Virus record (IMG/VR): IMGVR_UViG_3300029288_000148
Coordinates: 11,773 to 75,772 of that record
Direction: 5' to 3' (one strand)
Source: a virus
Lineage: Duplodnaviria > Caudoviricetes
DNA: 64,000 nt
Each line of letters begins with the position of its first letter. Position 1 is the first letter of the stretch. Of the stretch, positions 1 to 8,967 are shown piece after piece. The position numbers and the translations under genes are program-made. The notes under the pieces were generated by a model. It was not told the origin of the DNA, made no database searches, and saw nothing but the letters and a program-made list of their open reading frames with translations.

Positions 1-3000
1 GCTCTGCTGCAGACAGGATATTATAAGTATTCTCAATCATACTGGAAAAAATATCCCGGACCTGTCTTTCTGATCCAAGTCTTTTCCACATTCCCTTTTC
101 GGACGTTGCTAAAACATCCTTGCCCGTGCCAGCCATTCCCTTACTCTTTTCAAACTCCTCAAATACTCTTCTTAATGGTACATAATACTGGTGCTCCTTC
201 TTAATCTTCTCAATAACCTCTCTCGATATTTTCCCCGATTCAGCATAGAAATCGAGCAATGCTTCATTATACTTCTGAACCTTTGATTGAAAGTCCCAAA
301 GCTCCCTCACCCCATATTGCTTTTCGTACAGGTCAATCTTTGCCTTGGCATCAGCTATTGGCATAACTGCCTGTTCTGGCTTCCTGTTCTGGTAAGATTC
401 CAAACTATCTTTTGCAAGCAAATAATCCGAATAATCCCCGTATTTTTTTGAACCTTGAAATAATTTATGGGTTTTTAACACAGACATAAGACCTTCAATG
501 TCTGTTCTTATCTCAATGTCTTTCCCTCGCTTAAAATAAGGGTGGTATAACAACCATTGCTGCGCCCTGCCATCAATACCCATCATGGCCTTTGCGGAAG
601 CATACGGGTCCTTAAACATCACTGCATTGCTGCCAACAACCTTCTTCCATTCTTCTGAAAGGTTTTTCATGTACTGCAAGTGGTTCACATAAGAATATAA
701 GAACTTGTCCGGATCCCACGATTTTATTAATCCTTCAAACCAAGGATCTTTTTTCTCGTTTTCAATATAACGTCTTGCTCTCGGATCAAGGTCAGCGTAA
801 TCCTTAAACTCCTTCCTTGCTGTTTCCAGTGCCTCTTTTATCGGTGGTGCCGCATCAAGCATTTTTTCAAACCAAGCATGGAATTTCGGAAGCTCTGTCT
901 CAACTTTTTTGGAATCTGCAATATAATTCCAGGTAAATTCCGCAATGGCTTCTGTCTTGCTTCTTGCACTCACCGGATAATTAATGTCCATGAGAAAGTC
1001 TGCAAGCTCTTTTTTGAAATAGTCACGCTGTAATACTCCTGCTACAATATTATCTCCATATTTTGCCCGTAACTGAGCTAATCGCTTTTCTCTGGCTGCA
1101 AGTTGTGGCTGAAGCTTTGTCTTTAACTCGTTAGCCTTAATTACAGATATTCTTGGAAGATTAGTTTTTTTATCAATCTCCTTGGCATCACGGTCAATCT
1201 TATCAAAGTCACGGTAAATTCTTCCCTTGTACTTCACGCCAACAGACCTAATTTCTGCAGCTACATCAGCATATTTCTCCGGAAGGTTCTTTGCGCCAAC
1301 AACATTTCTGAAATCAAATATCTGGAAATCGAGCCAATGTCCCAGTTCGTGCGAAAGTACCCGGAAGTCTTTTAATCCTTTTATTCTGACAATACCGCTA
1401 TCAGGGAAGAATACCCCTGCAGCATTTTTCAAAAACCTCTTTATCATACCTGACCTTACACCTCCTCCGGGTTTCCTCTTGAGGTTATTAATAAGATTCC
1501 TGCTTATCTGCGAAAGTGTCATAGAATTATTCAGGTCGCTGCCTCCGTAGGCTGGATCCTCCTTTGTACTTAATGGCAACTGATCGCCAAATCCAATAGC
1601 CTCGGCATCCTGTTTTGTTTCCGTCTTTATGGTGTTGCCGGCCCTGTCGTTCTTATCCCTCCACCTGCGATTCTTCGATGCTCTTGTTCCAAGTGCTTCT
1701 TTGCGCTGTGGTAATCCTTCTGGCTTTGATGGCGGTACATCCGGCTTCTCTTTCCAATATCCTTTTTCAATGTTTTCCAGAATATCCTTTGTGCTCATAA
1801 AGAATGGTTTCTCTATAAGCTGATTCTTGGTGTCAAACATTGATACATCGGCACCAATATTATTAGCCTTCCACTCAAGATCGACAAAAAACTCTCCGTC
1901 CTTATCCTCGAATAACTTGCCCTTAATATCAGAAATCTCGGTTAATGGCAGCAAATCATAGTGTCCTCTTTCCTGTGCTGTCAATTTTCTGCCATAGGTA
2001 AGCGTTTCAAATCTCTCCCCTGGTTCCAGTTCTGCCCTTACAAATCCCTCTTTAGGATATGTGCCAATATCAAAAGGTCTTGATGTCAATCGATATTTAT
2101 ACTCTTTGGCTCCTTCTGGCGCTTTCTCGGCCCTTACTTCTTTTATTTCTGGTTTCTGTTCAGTAAGCCATTTGTTTACTTCCTTCATTATGGCATGTAT
2201 CCCCGATTCTGCAACTGGGACTTTTTCCCCCTTGAGAAATGACATTAATCCCTGCCTGTATTTTTTATTACTATCGCCTGAAAGACCATAAATAGCATCA
2301 CTAATCATCTTATTCCTATCCCAATCACTTACAGCAATTTTTGTCTTTTCTTTTATAGAATTAAGATAATCCTCATATTTTACATATCCAGGTATTTCTT
2401 CTGGTACAAACTTTTCTTTTGGTGCTTCTACTCCTCCCTCGGTAAACTTTTTCAGGTTAGCGTTAATATCCCTCTGCAGCTTGCCCAACTTAACTCCGGT
2501 ATATTCTTCAAAGAAATTCTTCCAGTTCTTATTGTTGTAAAAATTTCTGTCCTGAAGTGCCTTTAAATTCTTTGCATCAATCTCCTTTTTAAGTGCAGTA
2601 AAATGCTTTGTATTTACCTCTATACTCTTTGCCTTTGCCTTTTCTATATCCTCGGCAGAGTATTTTATGCCACGCTTCTGCCCGTCCTCTATCGCTCTCT
2701 CAAGTGCCTTCTGTGACATTTCATTGACATACTTCGTGACAATATCCGGTTCGGTAGGTCTTACTTCTGGCATCTCCGGCTTCCGCTCTTCCGGCAATAC
2801 TTCTTCTGCCTTAAACTCATAACGGGATAATGCCTCATTCTCTCTGCCAATAGGTATTCCTTCTGCATCCGCTAATAACTGGCGTCTTGCTGATTCTCTT
2901 GCCTTTGCTTCTGTCAGATCAGGACTGCTTGTAAGGTATGCCCTTCTCCATTTTTCCTCACCTTTCTTCCGATAAAAAGTTTTAAATACCTTATCTCCTC

Positions 3001-6000
3001 TATCAAGTGCTCTGTTTATTAAGTCAACATCTTGATTTGAATCATAATCTGCCACCTCCGGTGATCTTAGTTCTGGCAGTTCTTTTTCTACTTTTGGTGT
3101 AACAGATTTTGCTTTCTCAATATCGCTCCTGTATTTCTCAATTAAATCATAAGCCTCTCTTGGTTTGTTTAACAACTCTGATACCTTATAACCTAATTCC
3201 CCGCCTCCCTGGAGCCAAGATATATATTTACCCGAATCCAGACTATCAGTATATTTTTCAACACCCATAACATCAGCAACCATATCAAGTAATTTCTGTG
3301 TAACGGGTGTTCTTGTATTAGGCTGATATTCCGGAAAGCTCTCCCGATCACTAACTATTTCCGGTTTCTCTGGTGCTGCTGCAAATAGATCCCCTTGCGT
3401 TAACACTTCCTCTATCTTGCCTTTTCTTTCACTATTTAAGTCATCAATCTCTCTTTGCAACTGCGCGGCTCTCTCCTCAAAAGGTTTCCGGATTCTTTCT
3501 ACTGCACCCTCAAGATCAAATCCCTGCTCCTCTCTTTTAATAATCTCATCCGGATCAACGGGCTTATTGTCCCCAAATAGACCTACTCTTTCTTTATTTG
3601 CCTTATCAATGGCGTCTTGAATCTTTTTAGGGATCAATTTAAGTTCCTCTTGCTTATCAGCAATCTTTTTATCGTACTCCTTATTGATCTTATCAATTTG
3701 CGCCTGTTGTTCAGGTGTTGCTTTGATCTCAGACTTTACAGGCTTTTCTTCTGGGACAGATTTGCCCTGATCTTTGCCAGCTTCATCGCCAGCTTTATCA
3801 AGTTCGGAGACGGCTTCTCTTTCTTCGTCTGCCCGTTCTGATTCGATTCGTTCGCGTTCTGCGTCTTCATCTTTAAGTATTTTTTTAACTCGTTCAACAT
3901 CATTCTTATCAATAATTCCGTATTCGACTGCTTTGTCAATATTGTCCAAGGTCAAATCTCCATAGTCCTTCGCAAATGCAACAACCTTCTCATTTGCGAT
4001 TTCTTCCATTACATCCTTAATTTTAATAGGTCTGCCTATTTCTTTACCTGGCTTGAGATTGAGTACTCCTCTTTTAAACATATTTTCCAAACCATCAATA
4101 ACAGCTTGTGTATCAACATTTGCATTGCCCTTTAAAATATCATCTATTGCCTTGTCTCTTGTTTTAACATCTCCCGGCAAGTCGAGATCATATAAATATA
4201 CTCTTGCCTCTAACATCATATCAAGGAAAGTCTTAAACTCCCCCTCCGGAATATCTGCAAGCTTTTTATTGTCGCCCCTGACTGCCGTTTTTCTGACCTT
4301 ACTGCCGTTTTTCTTGACAACAAGTTTTTTGCCTTCCATGCCAATTGAATACTTGTCCTTTTCGGATTCGCCCATCAATCGCCGAATGTGACTTCTTATC
4401 TCCCCCTGCCTTGATTTGGTTGTGCCCTTGGCATTATATTCACTCACTAACCCCGCAATCCGATCATTTATGCGAATAGCCTTTTCTTCTGGTGTTTCGA
4501 CCTTCTTTGGCTCAATGGGTTTTTCTGGCTCTGACGGCTTCTCCTCTTTGATCTCAGGTGTTTCAGCCTTAACTTCTGGTTTCTCGACAACCCCTTCTTT
4601 CCCGGGATCCACAACAATCACGTCCGGGATCTCCTCTTTTATAACATCCTCCGGTTTAATATCTCCTTTAGGAATAAAACTGTAATATTTCGCCACAAGT
4701 TTATTCTCCTCCGGTGTTCTTTCATTAACATTTTTCTCAAGTGCAGATACCAGTAAGGCATCATCAAATCCCTCCTCTTTTAATTTCTCAATGATCTTTG
4801 TCTTTTCTTCAATCGGTAATGAAGCAGCCTTCTCCTGAATCTTCATGTCATTCAATTGCGCCTGATTACGGATAGCAAAAGATTCTGCCTCCTCCGGTGT
4901 GCCAAACTTTTTCCTTTCCACTAACACACCTTCTTTGTTGACCATATCTACATATACCCCGTTTTGCGTAATCTTATCTCCATAAAGATTAATATCTTCC
5001 ATTGCGGTTCCCCTCGATGCCCAAAGAAGCTTCTGTTTTAATCTCGCAGGGATATTTTCATTTTGCAGGATCATACCCAAATACGCATCATCATGTGCGA
5101 GTTTCCTTACAAGTGTTTTGTAGTCCTTTCCCCCAACCGATTCTATCTCATACGGCACAAGATCAACAGCAAATATCCCTTCCCCTGCCTTGTTTGGATT
5201 GTATGCTACTGATTTATAAAAGTTCATCGCCGCTTTTTTCGGATCTTCTATTGCTGATGGTATCCTCCCAACTTTATGTGAAAGCTTTAGCATAGCAAGC
5301 ATAGCAGCCGTACTAATAAAATCATCTTTCGTTGCCGGCCTGCCTTCAAGTAATGCTCCTCCTCCTGCGAATAATGCGCTCTCTGCAGTCAGCCCTCCTA
5401 TTCCTATTGCTCCCTTTGCACCCAATCGTCCAATAGCATTAGGGATCATTGATGCCTTTTGCGCAAGCATTGATGCCCCAATTCCAAAACCTCCTACGCC
5501 AAGACCAAGAACAGAACTCTCCATGCCATGTTTAAACACCTGTGACAATCTTATATCATCAAATGATGCATCAGGCACCGCCCATTGCCCAAGGGCATCT
5601 GTTATGGCAGAATACGATCCAAGGGCAGCCGATGAACTACCCATGCCCTGTAATGCTATTGTAGTTCTTTCTGCAGCTTTCAATGCAAACTCCCCAGCAA
5701 GCCTCTCCGGAATACCTACCTTAATCATTTTCTTAGTAGAATTTTCCATTATTTTCTTCACAAATGGAGCTGCGGCTTTCTTTGTAATAGTCGTTCCAAG
5801 TTTCCCCCCAAGACCAAATGCCGGCATGTCTAAAAGAAATCCCAATACCATTGCCGTTACATCGGTCATAGTGTCGCTGTCATACTTACTCAGCCATTCC
5901 TCCGGTGCTCTTGATTCGCCATTAATAATGTTATCTGCCAACCCAGTTATGGTTTGATTATACGCCCTGCCAAGGATATATGTAAGCTTTGACGGAGTTT

Positions 6001-6754
6001 TTAGAAGCATATTAAGGCGATCCTTCTCCTTTAAAAGTGCAGCTCTCTCCTCAGAAACAATCGGTTTTGAAATAAATGGTCCTGCCGTCGGAAGTATTGT
6101 GCCTACCGATTGTTGCTCTGCCGGCAATGCAGCAAGTTTCTTGTCTATTTCAGCTAATTCGGCTTCCGTCTTTGTTTTGAAATAGTCTTCGCCAAGTGTT
6201 TCACTGATTACTTTTTGTCCAATACGCTGTTCCTTAAACCCTGCTTTCGGTTCTTCAATCTTTAGCTCTGGCTTTTTTAAATGATCGAATCGCTGTTCCG
6301 TAAGATAGTTTCCTATGGAGAATTGCAGGGTGCTTTTAAAAATATCCTTCCCTGTATATCTGTCTTTCTCTTTTTGTGTTGTTAATAAATCTGAATCTTC
6401 TTCTACGTCTTCTGGTTTGGAGACGGTCTCGGGAAATCCTTCCTCTACTTCCGGCTCTGTTGCTTTACCCTTACGAACCTGGGCAAACATATCTTCAAAT
6501 ACTTTTGCGCTTGGCAAACCATAGTCGCCAGCTTCTTTTTTTTTTAACCCAAAGGTGTATAAGAACTCATTATAGTCAGAAGGTATCGCATAATTATCTT
6601 CCAGTAATTGCTTATGTAGCAAAGAAGCATTTGAAGTGTCTTTAAAAGTCTTTTCAAAAATAGCATAGTCTTCCGGTACCGCATACTGATCTTTCAATAA
6701 CTGCTGGTGTAGTAAGTCTAAGTCCGGGTGTTTTTTTACTTCTTGATCTGCCAT
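1..6754 (-). CDS. Giant (>2251 aa, 3'-truncated by window) ejected cargo / large polyvalent protein with zincin-like HExxH, DarA_C-like and LPD38-like segments
   Basis: Absent from the ORF track. I translated an open frame from ATG at 6754 (MADQEVKKHPDL...) to base 1 with no stop. It has a duplicated N-terminal motif (LLHQQLLKDQY/LLHKQLLEDNY), a G/A-rich hydrophobic stretch, YRLTSRPFDIGTYP...TYGRKLT (~1960-2100), VLSHELGHWLD (~1330-1362) and YYVPLRRVFEE...GSERQVRDIF...IENTY near the window start. It occupies the last cargo position after the muzzle gene. Confidence 0.85.
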   Translation of the reverse strand, partial: MADQEVKKHPDLDLLHQQLLKDQYAVPEDYAIFEKTFKDTSNASLLHKQLLEDNYAIPSDYNEFLYTFGLKKKEAGDYGLPSAKVFEDMFAQVRKGKATEPEVEEGFPETVSKPEDVEEDSDLLTTQKEKDRYTGKDIFKSTLQFSIGNYLTEQRFDHLKKPELKIEEPKAGFKEQRIGQKVISETLGEDYFKTKTEAELAEIDKKLAALPAEQQSVGTILPTAGPFISKPIVSEERAALLKEKDRLNMLLKTPSKLTYILGRAYNQTITGLADNIINGESRAPEEWLSKYDSDTMTDVTAMVLGFLLDMPAFGLGGKLGTTITKKAAAPFVKKIMENSTKKMIKVGIPERLAGEFALKAAERTTIALQGMGSSSAALGSYSAITDALGQWAVPDASFDDIRLSQVFKHGMESSVLGLGVGGFGIGASMLAQKASMIPNAIGRLGAKGAIGIGGLTAESALFAGGGALLEGRPATKDDFISTAAMLAMLKLSHKVGRIPSAIEDPKKAAMNFYKSVAYNPNKAGEGIFAVDLVPYEIESVGGKDYKTLVRKLAHDDAYLGMILQNENIPARLKQKLLWASRGTAMEDINLYGDKITQNGVYVDMVNKEGVLVERKKFGTPEEAESFAIRNQAQLNDMKIQEKAASLPIEEKTKIIEKLKEEGFDDALLVSALEKNVNERTPEENKLVAKYYSFIPKGDIKPEDVIKEEIPDVIVVDPGKEGVVEKPEVKAETPEIKEEKPSEPEKPIEPKKVETPEEKAIRINDRIAGLVSEYNAKGTTKSRQGEIRSHIRRLMGESEKDKYSIGMEGKKLVVKKNGSKVRKTAVRGDNKKLADIPEGEFKTFLDMMLEARVYLYDLDLPGDVKTRDKAIDDILKGNANVDTQAVIDGLENMFKRGVLNLKPGKEIGRPIKIKDVMEEIANEKVVAFAKDYGDLTLDNIDKAVEYGIIDKNDVERVKKILKDEDAERERIESERADEEREAVSELDKAGDEAGKDQGKSVPEEKPVKSEIKATPEQQAQIDKINKEYDKKIADKQEELKLIPKKIQDAIDKANKERVGLFGDNKPVDPDEIIKREEQGFDLEGAVERIRKPFEERAAQLQREIDDLNSERKGKIEEVLTQGDLFAAAPEKPEIVSDRESFPEYQPNTRTPVTQKLLDMVADVMGVEKYTDSLDSGKYISWLQGGGELGYKVSELLNKPREAYDLIEKYRSDIEKAKSVTPKVEKELPELRSPEVADYDSNQDVDLINRALDRGDKVFKTFYRKKGEEKWRRAYLTSSPDLTEAKARESARRQLLADAEGIPIGRENEALSRYEFKAEEVLPEERKPEMPEVRPTEPDIVTKYVNEMSQKALERAIEDGQKRGIKYSAEDIEKAKAKSIEVNTKHFTALKKEIDAKNLKALQDRNFYNNKNWKNFFEEYTGVKLGKLQRDINANLKKFTEGGVEAPKEKFVPEEIPGYVKYEDYLNSIKEKTKIAVSDWDRNKMISDAIYGLSGDSNKKYRQGLMSFLKGEKVPVAESGIHAIMKEVNKWLTEQKPEIKEVRAEKAPEGAKEYKYRLTSRPFDIGTYPKEGFVRAELEPGERFETLTYGRKLTAQERGHYDLLPLTEISDIKGKLFEDKDGEFFVDLEWKANNIGADVSMFDTKNQLIEKPFFMSTKDILENIEKGYWKEKPDVPPSKPEGLPQRKEALGTRASKNRRWRDKNDRAGNTIKTETKQDAEAIGFGDQLPLSTKEDPAYGGSDLNNSMTLSQISRNLINNLKRKPGGGVRSGMIKRFLKNAAGVFFPDSGIVRIKGLKDFRVLSHELGHWLDFQIFDFRNVVGAKNLPEKYADVAAEIRSVGVKYKGRIYRDFDKIDRDAKEIDKKTNLPRISVIKANELKTKLQPQLAAREKRLAQLRAKYGDNIVAGVLQRDYFKKELADFLMDINYPVSARSKTEAIAEFTWNYIADSKKVETELPKFHAWFEKMLDAAPPIKEALETARKEFKDYADLDPRARRYIENEKKDPWFEGLIKSWDPDKFLYSYVNHLQYMKNLSEEWKKVVGSNAVMFKDPYASAKAMMGIDGRAQQWLLYHPYFKRGKDIEIRTDIEGLMSVLKTHKLFQGSKKYGDYSDYLLAKDSLESYQNRKPEQAVMPIADAKAKIDLYEKQYGVRELWDFQSKVQKYNEALLDFYAESGKISREVIEKIKKEHQYYVPLRRVFEEFEKSKGMAGTGKDVLATSEKGMWKRLGSERQVRDIFSSMIENTYNILSAAE

Positions 6755-6767
6755 GTTATTTCATTTA

Positions 6768-8204
6768 TCAACGTCCTGTTTTTCCGGGAATATAAACATC
6801 GGGTTTCCCATACTCCTTGCCGCCAACACCTTTTTTCTCAACCCTCGGTATTTCTCCGGGTGTTCTGAAGTCCTTACCCCCAATACTTTTATATTGAGGT
6901 TCTGTGTCTCCAAACACATCCTTAAATCGCTTTATAACACCATCGACCTCAACCGGCAATTCATCTACCCTGTCTCCAAGGTTCTTCCTCGGCACTGCAA
7001 TAGTTTCATTGTTGCGAGCATAAGGGAAATCACTGCTCTGCGTCAATCTGAATAAAAACTCATCCCTTTGTGCATCGTAAAACTCCAAAGTACCTTCCAA
7101 GTCTCCTCCTCCCTCCATCGGTTCCCATTCATCGCCATAAAATCTCGATGCTCCTTTTGCTCCAATAGGTATCCGGAATGTTGTATTTGAATCAAATTCC
7201 CACGGTGCCTGATAAGTCCTCCCCGCTGCCCCCGTGCCATATATGAGCGGGGTTTTCTTTTCCATCCCGGCTTTCATATTAACACTCTGACCAAGGAAGC
7301 TGAAATTTAATCCTCCTTTTCCGGATCCTCCTCTGACAGTAGTTCTTTCCTTGGAAGCATATTCTGGTAAGAATCTTCTCCTTATCCAATCCTCCAATGT
7401 CTCACCTTCCTTCTTTTCAACTGCATAAGCTTTCTCCGTAGATATTCTTATATCCTCCGGTGCGCTGCGAACATTAGAGGCTGCTTTGTTTATTGCAGCA
7501 TCAATCCTCTTTGTTGAAGTATATTCCCTGTGAGTAATAGTTGTCTTTCCCGTTGCAGGATCAAACTGAATATCGTCCGGATGAACATCCGTACCTTTAA
7601 TAAGATTGTCAAATTGTGTTGCAAAGTATTTTCCAATGTCTGCCGGCTGGAATTTGTTCATCAATAAGTTCCCCTGTAATATCTTTGATCTCTCCAACAC
7701 ATTTCCTTCGGAAGTAAAATATTTCTCAAGCCTCTTTGCTGATTCTGCCCAATCAACGGTCTGATCGTTTAATGGTTTCTGTTTCTGTACTTCAATTATC
7801 TTCTTATACTCATCCACGGCGGCCTTGTTCCTTTGCCAAACATCATTCTTTTGTTTTATCTCAAGTAACTTTTGATTGAAAGCTTTTGATAATTTCTGTT
7901 CTCCAATGTTCTCCGGTCTTATAAGGTTCATCCCTTTTGCAGCAACATCAACCCATTGGGATCTCAATTCATTCAATTCATTGCTGATCTCATCAAATCC
8001 TTTCTGGTCCTCCCAGCTCTTTATATCAACCTCGTCAAATCGGTCAAGACCTTTTTGCATCTCGGCCTCCTGTTGTTTACGCCTCTGAAAAGCTACCTGA
8101 GACAGCGTTGCCTTTGCCTGCTTCATCTCCTGAATAGGATCATAAGAAGACTCCCCGTAAAAAGGTGCTGCTATAAAATTGGGATCAAGTTTACCGTTTG
8201 CCAT
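6768..8204 (-). CDS. Putative ejected internal virion (cargo) protein, 478 aa
   Basis: Helical/coiled-coil N-half; lies between the pilot-like gene and the giant cargo gene, as in podovirus ejectosome operons. Confidence 0.6.
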   Translation of the reverse strand: MANGKLDPNFIAAPFYGESSYDPIQEMKQAKATLSQVAFQRRKQQEAEMQKGLDRFDEVDIKSWEDQKGFDEISNELNELRSQWVDVAAKGMNLIRPENIGEQKLSKAFNQKLLEIKQKNDVWQRNKAAVDEYKKIIEVQKQKPLNDQTVDWAESAKRLEKYFTSEGNVLERSKILQGNLLMNKFQPADIGKYFATQFDNLIKGTDVHPDDIQFDPATGKTTITHREYTSTKRIDAAINKAASNVRSAPEDIRISTEKAYAVEKKEGETLEDWIRRRFLPEYASKERTTVRGGSGKGGLNFSFLGQSVNMKAGMEKKTPLIYGTGAAGRTYQAPWEFDSNTTFRIPIGAKGASRFYGDEWEPMEGGGDLEGTLEFYDAQRDEFLFRLTQSSDFPYARNNETIAVPRKNLGDRVDELPVEVDGVIKRFKDVFGDTEPQYKSIGGKDFRTPGEIPRVEKKGVGGKEYGKPDVYIPGKTGR

Positions 8205-8205
8205 T

Positions 8206-8955
8206 TTAATACTTATTTCTCAAATAATCCTGAAAGGTATAATCTCCTGTGCTTAAACCAAAATTATTAGTTGTGGCAGGAGCTGAAATATCTGTAGCAT
8301 TTTTATTTGTTATTTTTTTAATTAATTCATCAATTTCCTTTGCTGAGAACTGTCCGGTCCCGGTATTATATCCCTTCCCATACAATGCTGTATAAATGTC
8401 CGGCTGTGCTGCTGCGGATGCCACGCCGGCAATGTTTTTCACCCCTGCCATCATATTCTGCGCACCGGCGTTTCTCAACTGCATGGCTTTCTCTGCTGCC
8501 TGAAGATATGGAAGTTCTTTGTTCCAGTAGTCAACACGCCTTTCTTCCTCATAAGCGGGACCGGAAAGTACATTCATATAATCACCTCTTGCCCCGGATA
8601 CCTGTTGTGCTGTCAATCTTGCAAGATCAGCTATGGATGACTGTTCACCCTGAACAAGTTTGCCAAGCATGCCATAAGCCTCAGAACCGGCACCTAACTG
8701 CGTAGCAGCCCTTATTCCTGCCGATGTAGCCCCTTTTATCTCGTTGCGGTACAACTCTCCACCAGGAATGTCCTGATCCAATGTACGCCCATAAGAATAA
8801 CCCAGAAGGCGTTTTATTGCATCCGATGTTTCCGCTGTTGGCCTTGGATTTTGCTTCTCAAGTTTATTGGCTCTGGACATCTGCACCGCTCCGGAAATAC
8901 CCTGTATTGCCGAAGATGCCGCACCTATTAATGCCATTAATGTTATCGGGTCCAT
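8206..8955 (-). CDS. Putative DNA-ejection (pilot-like) protein, 249 aa
   Basis: Ala/Gly-rich hydrophobic segments (ALIGAASSAIQGISG; NMMAGVKNIAGVASAAA) and position immediately after the muzzle gene. Confidence 0.6.
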   Translation of the reverse strand: MDPITLMALIGAASSAIQGISGAVQMSRANKLEKQNPRPTAETSDAIKRLLGYSYGRTLDQDIPGGELYRNEIKGATSAGIRAATQLGAGSEAYGMLGKLVQGEQSSIADLARLTAQQVSGARGDYMNVLSGPAYEEERRVDYWNKELPYLQAAEKAMQLRNAGAQNMMAGVKNIAGVASAAAQPDIYTALYGKGYNTGTGQFSAKEIDELIKKITNKNATDISAPATTNNFGLSTGDYTFQDYLRNKY

Positions 8956-8967
8956 ATCTTTTTTCTT

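Noticed and set aside
4281-4314. 14-bp direct repeat ACTGCCGTTTTTCT with 20-bp period inside the giant ORF
   Set aside because: Only two copies, frame stays open, no associated recombinase or array; probably a local duplication
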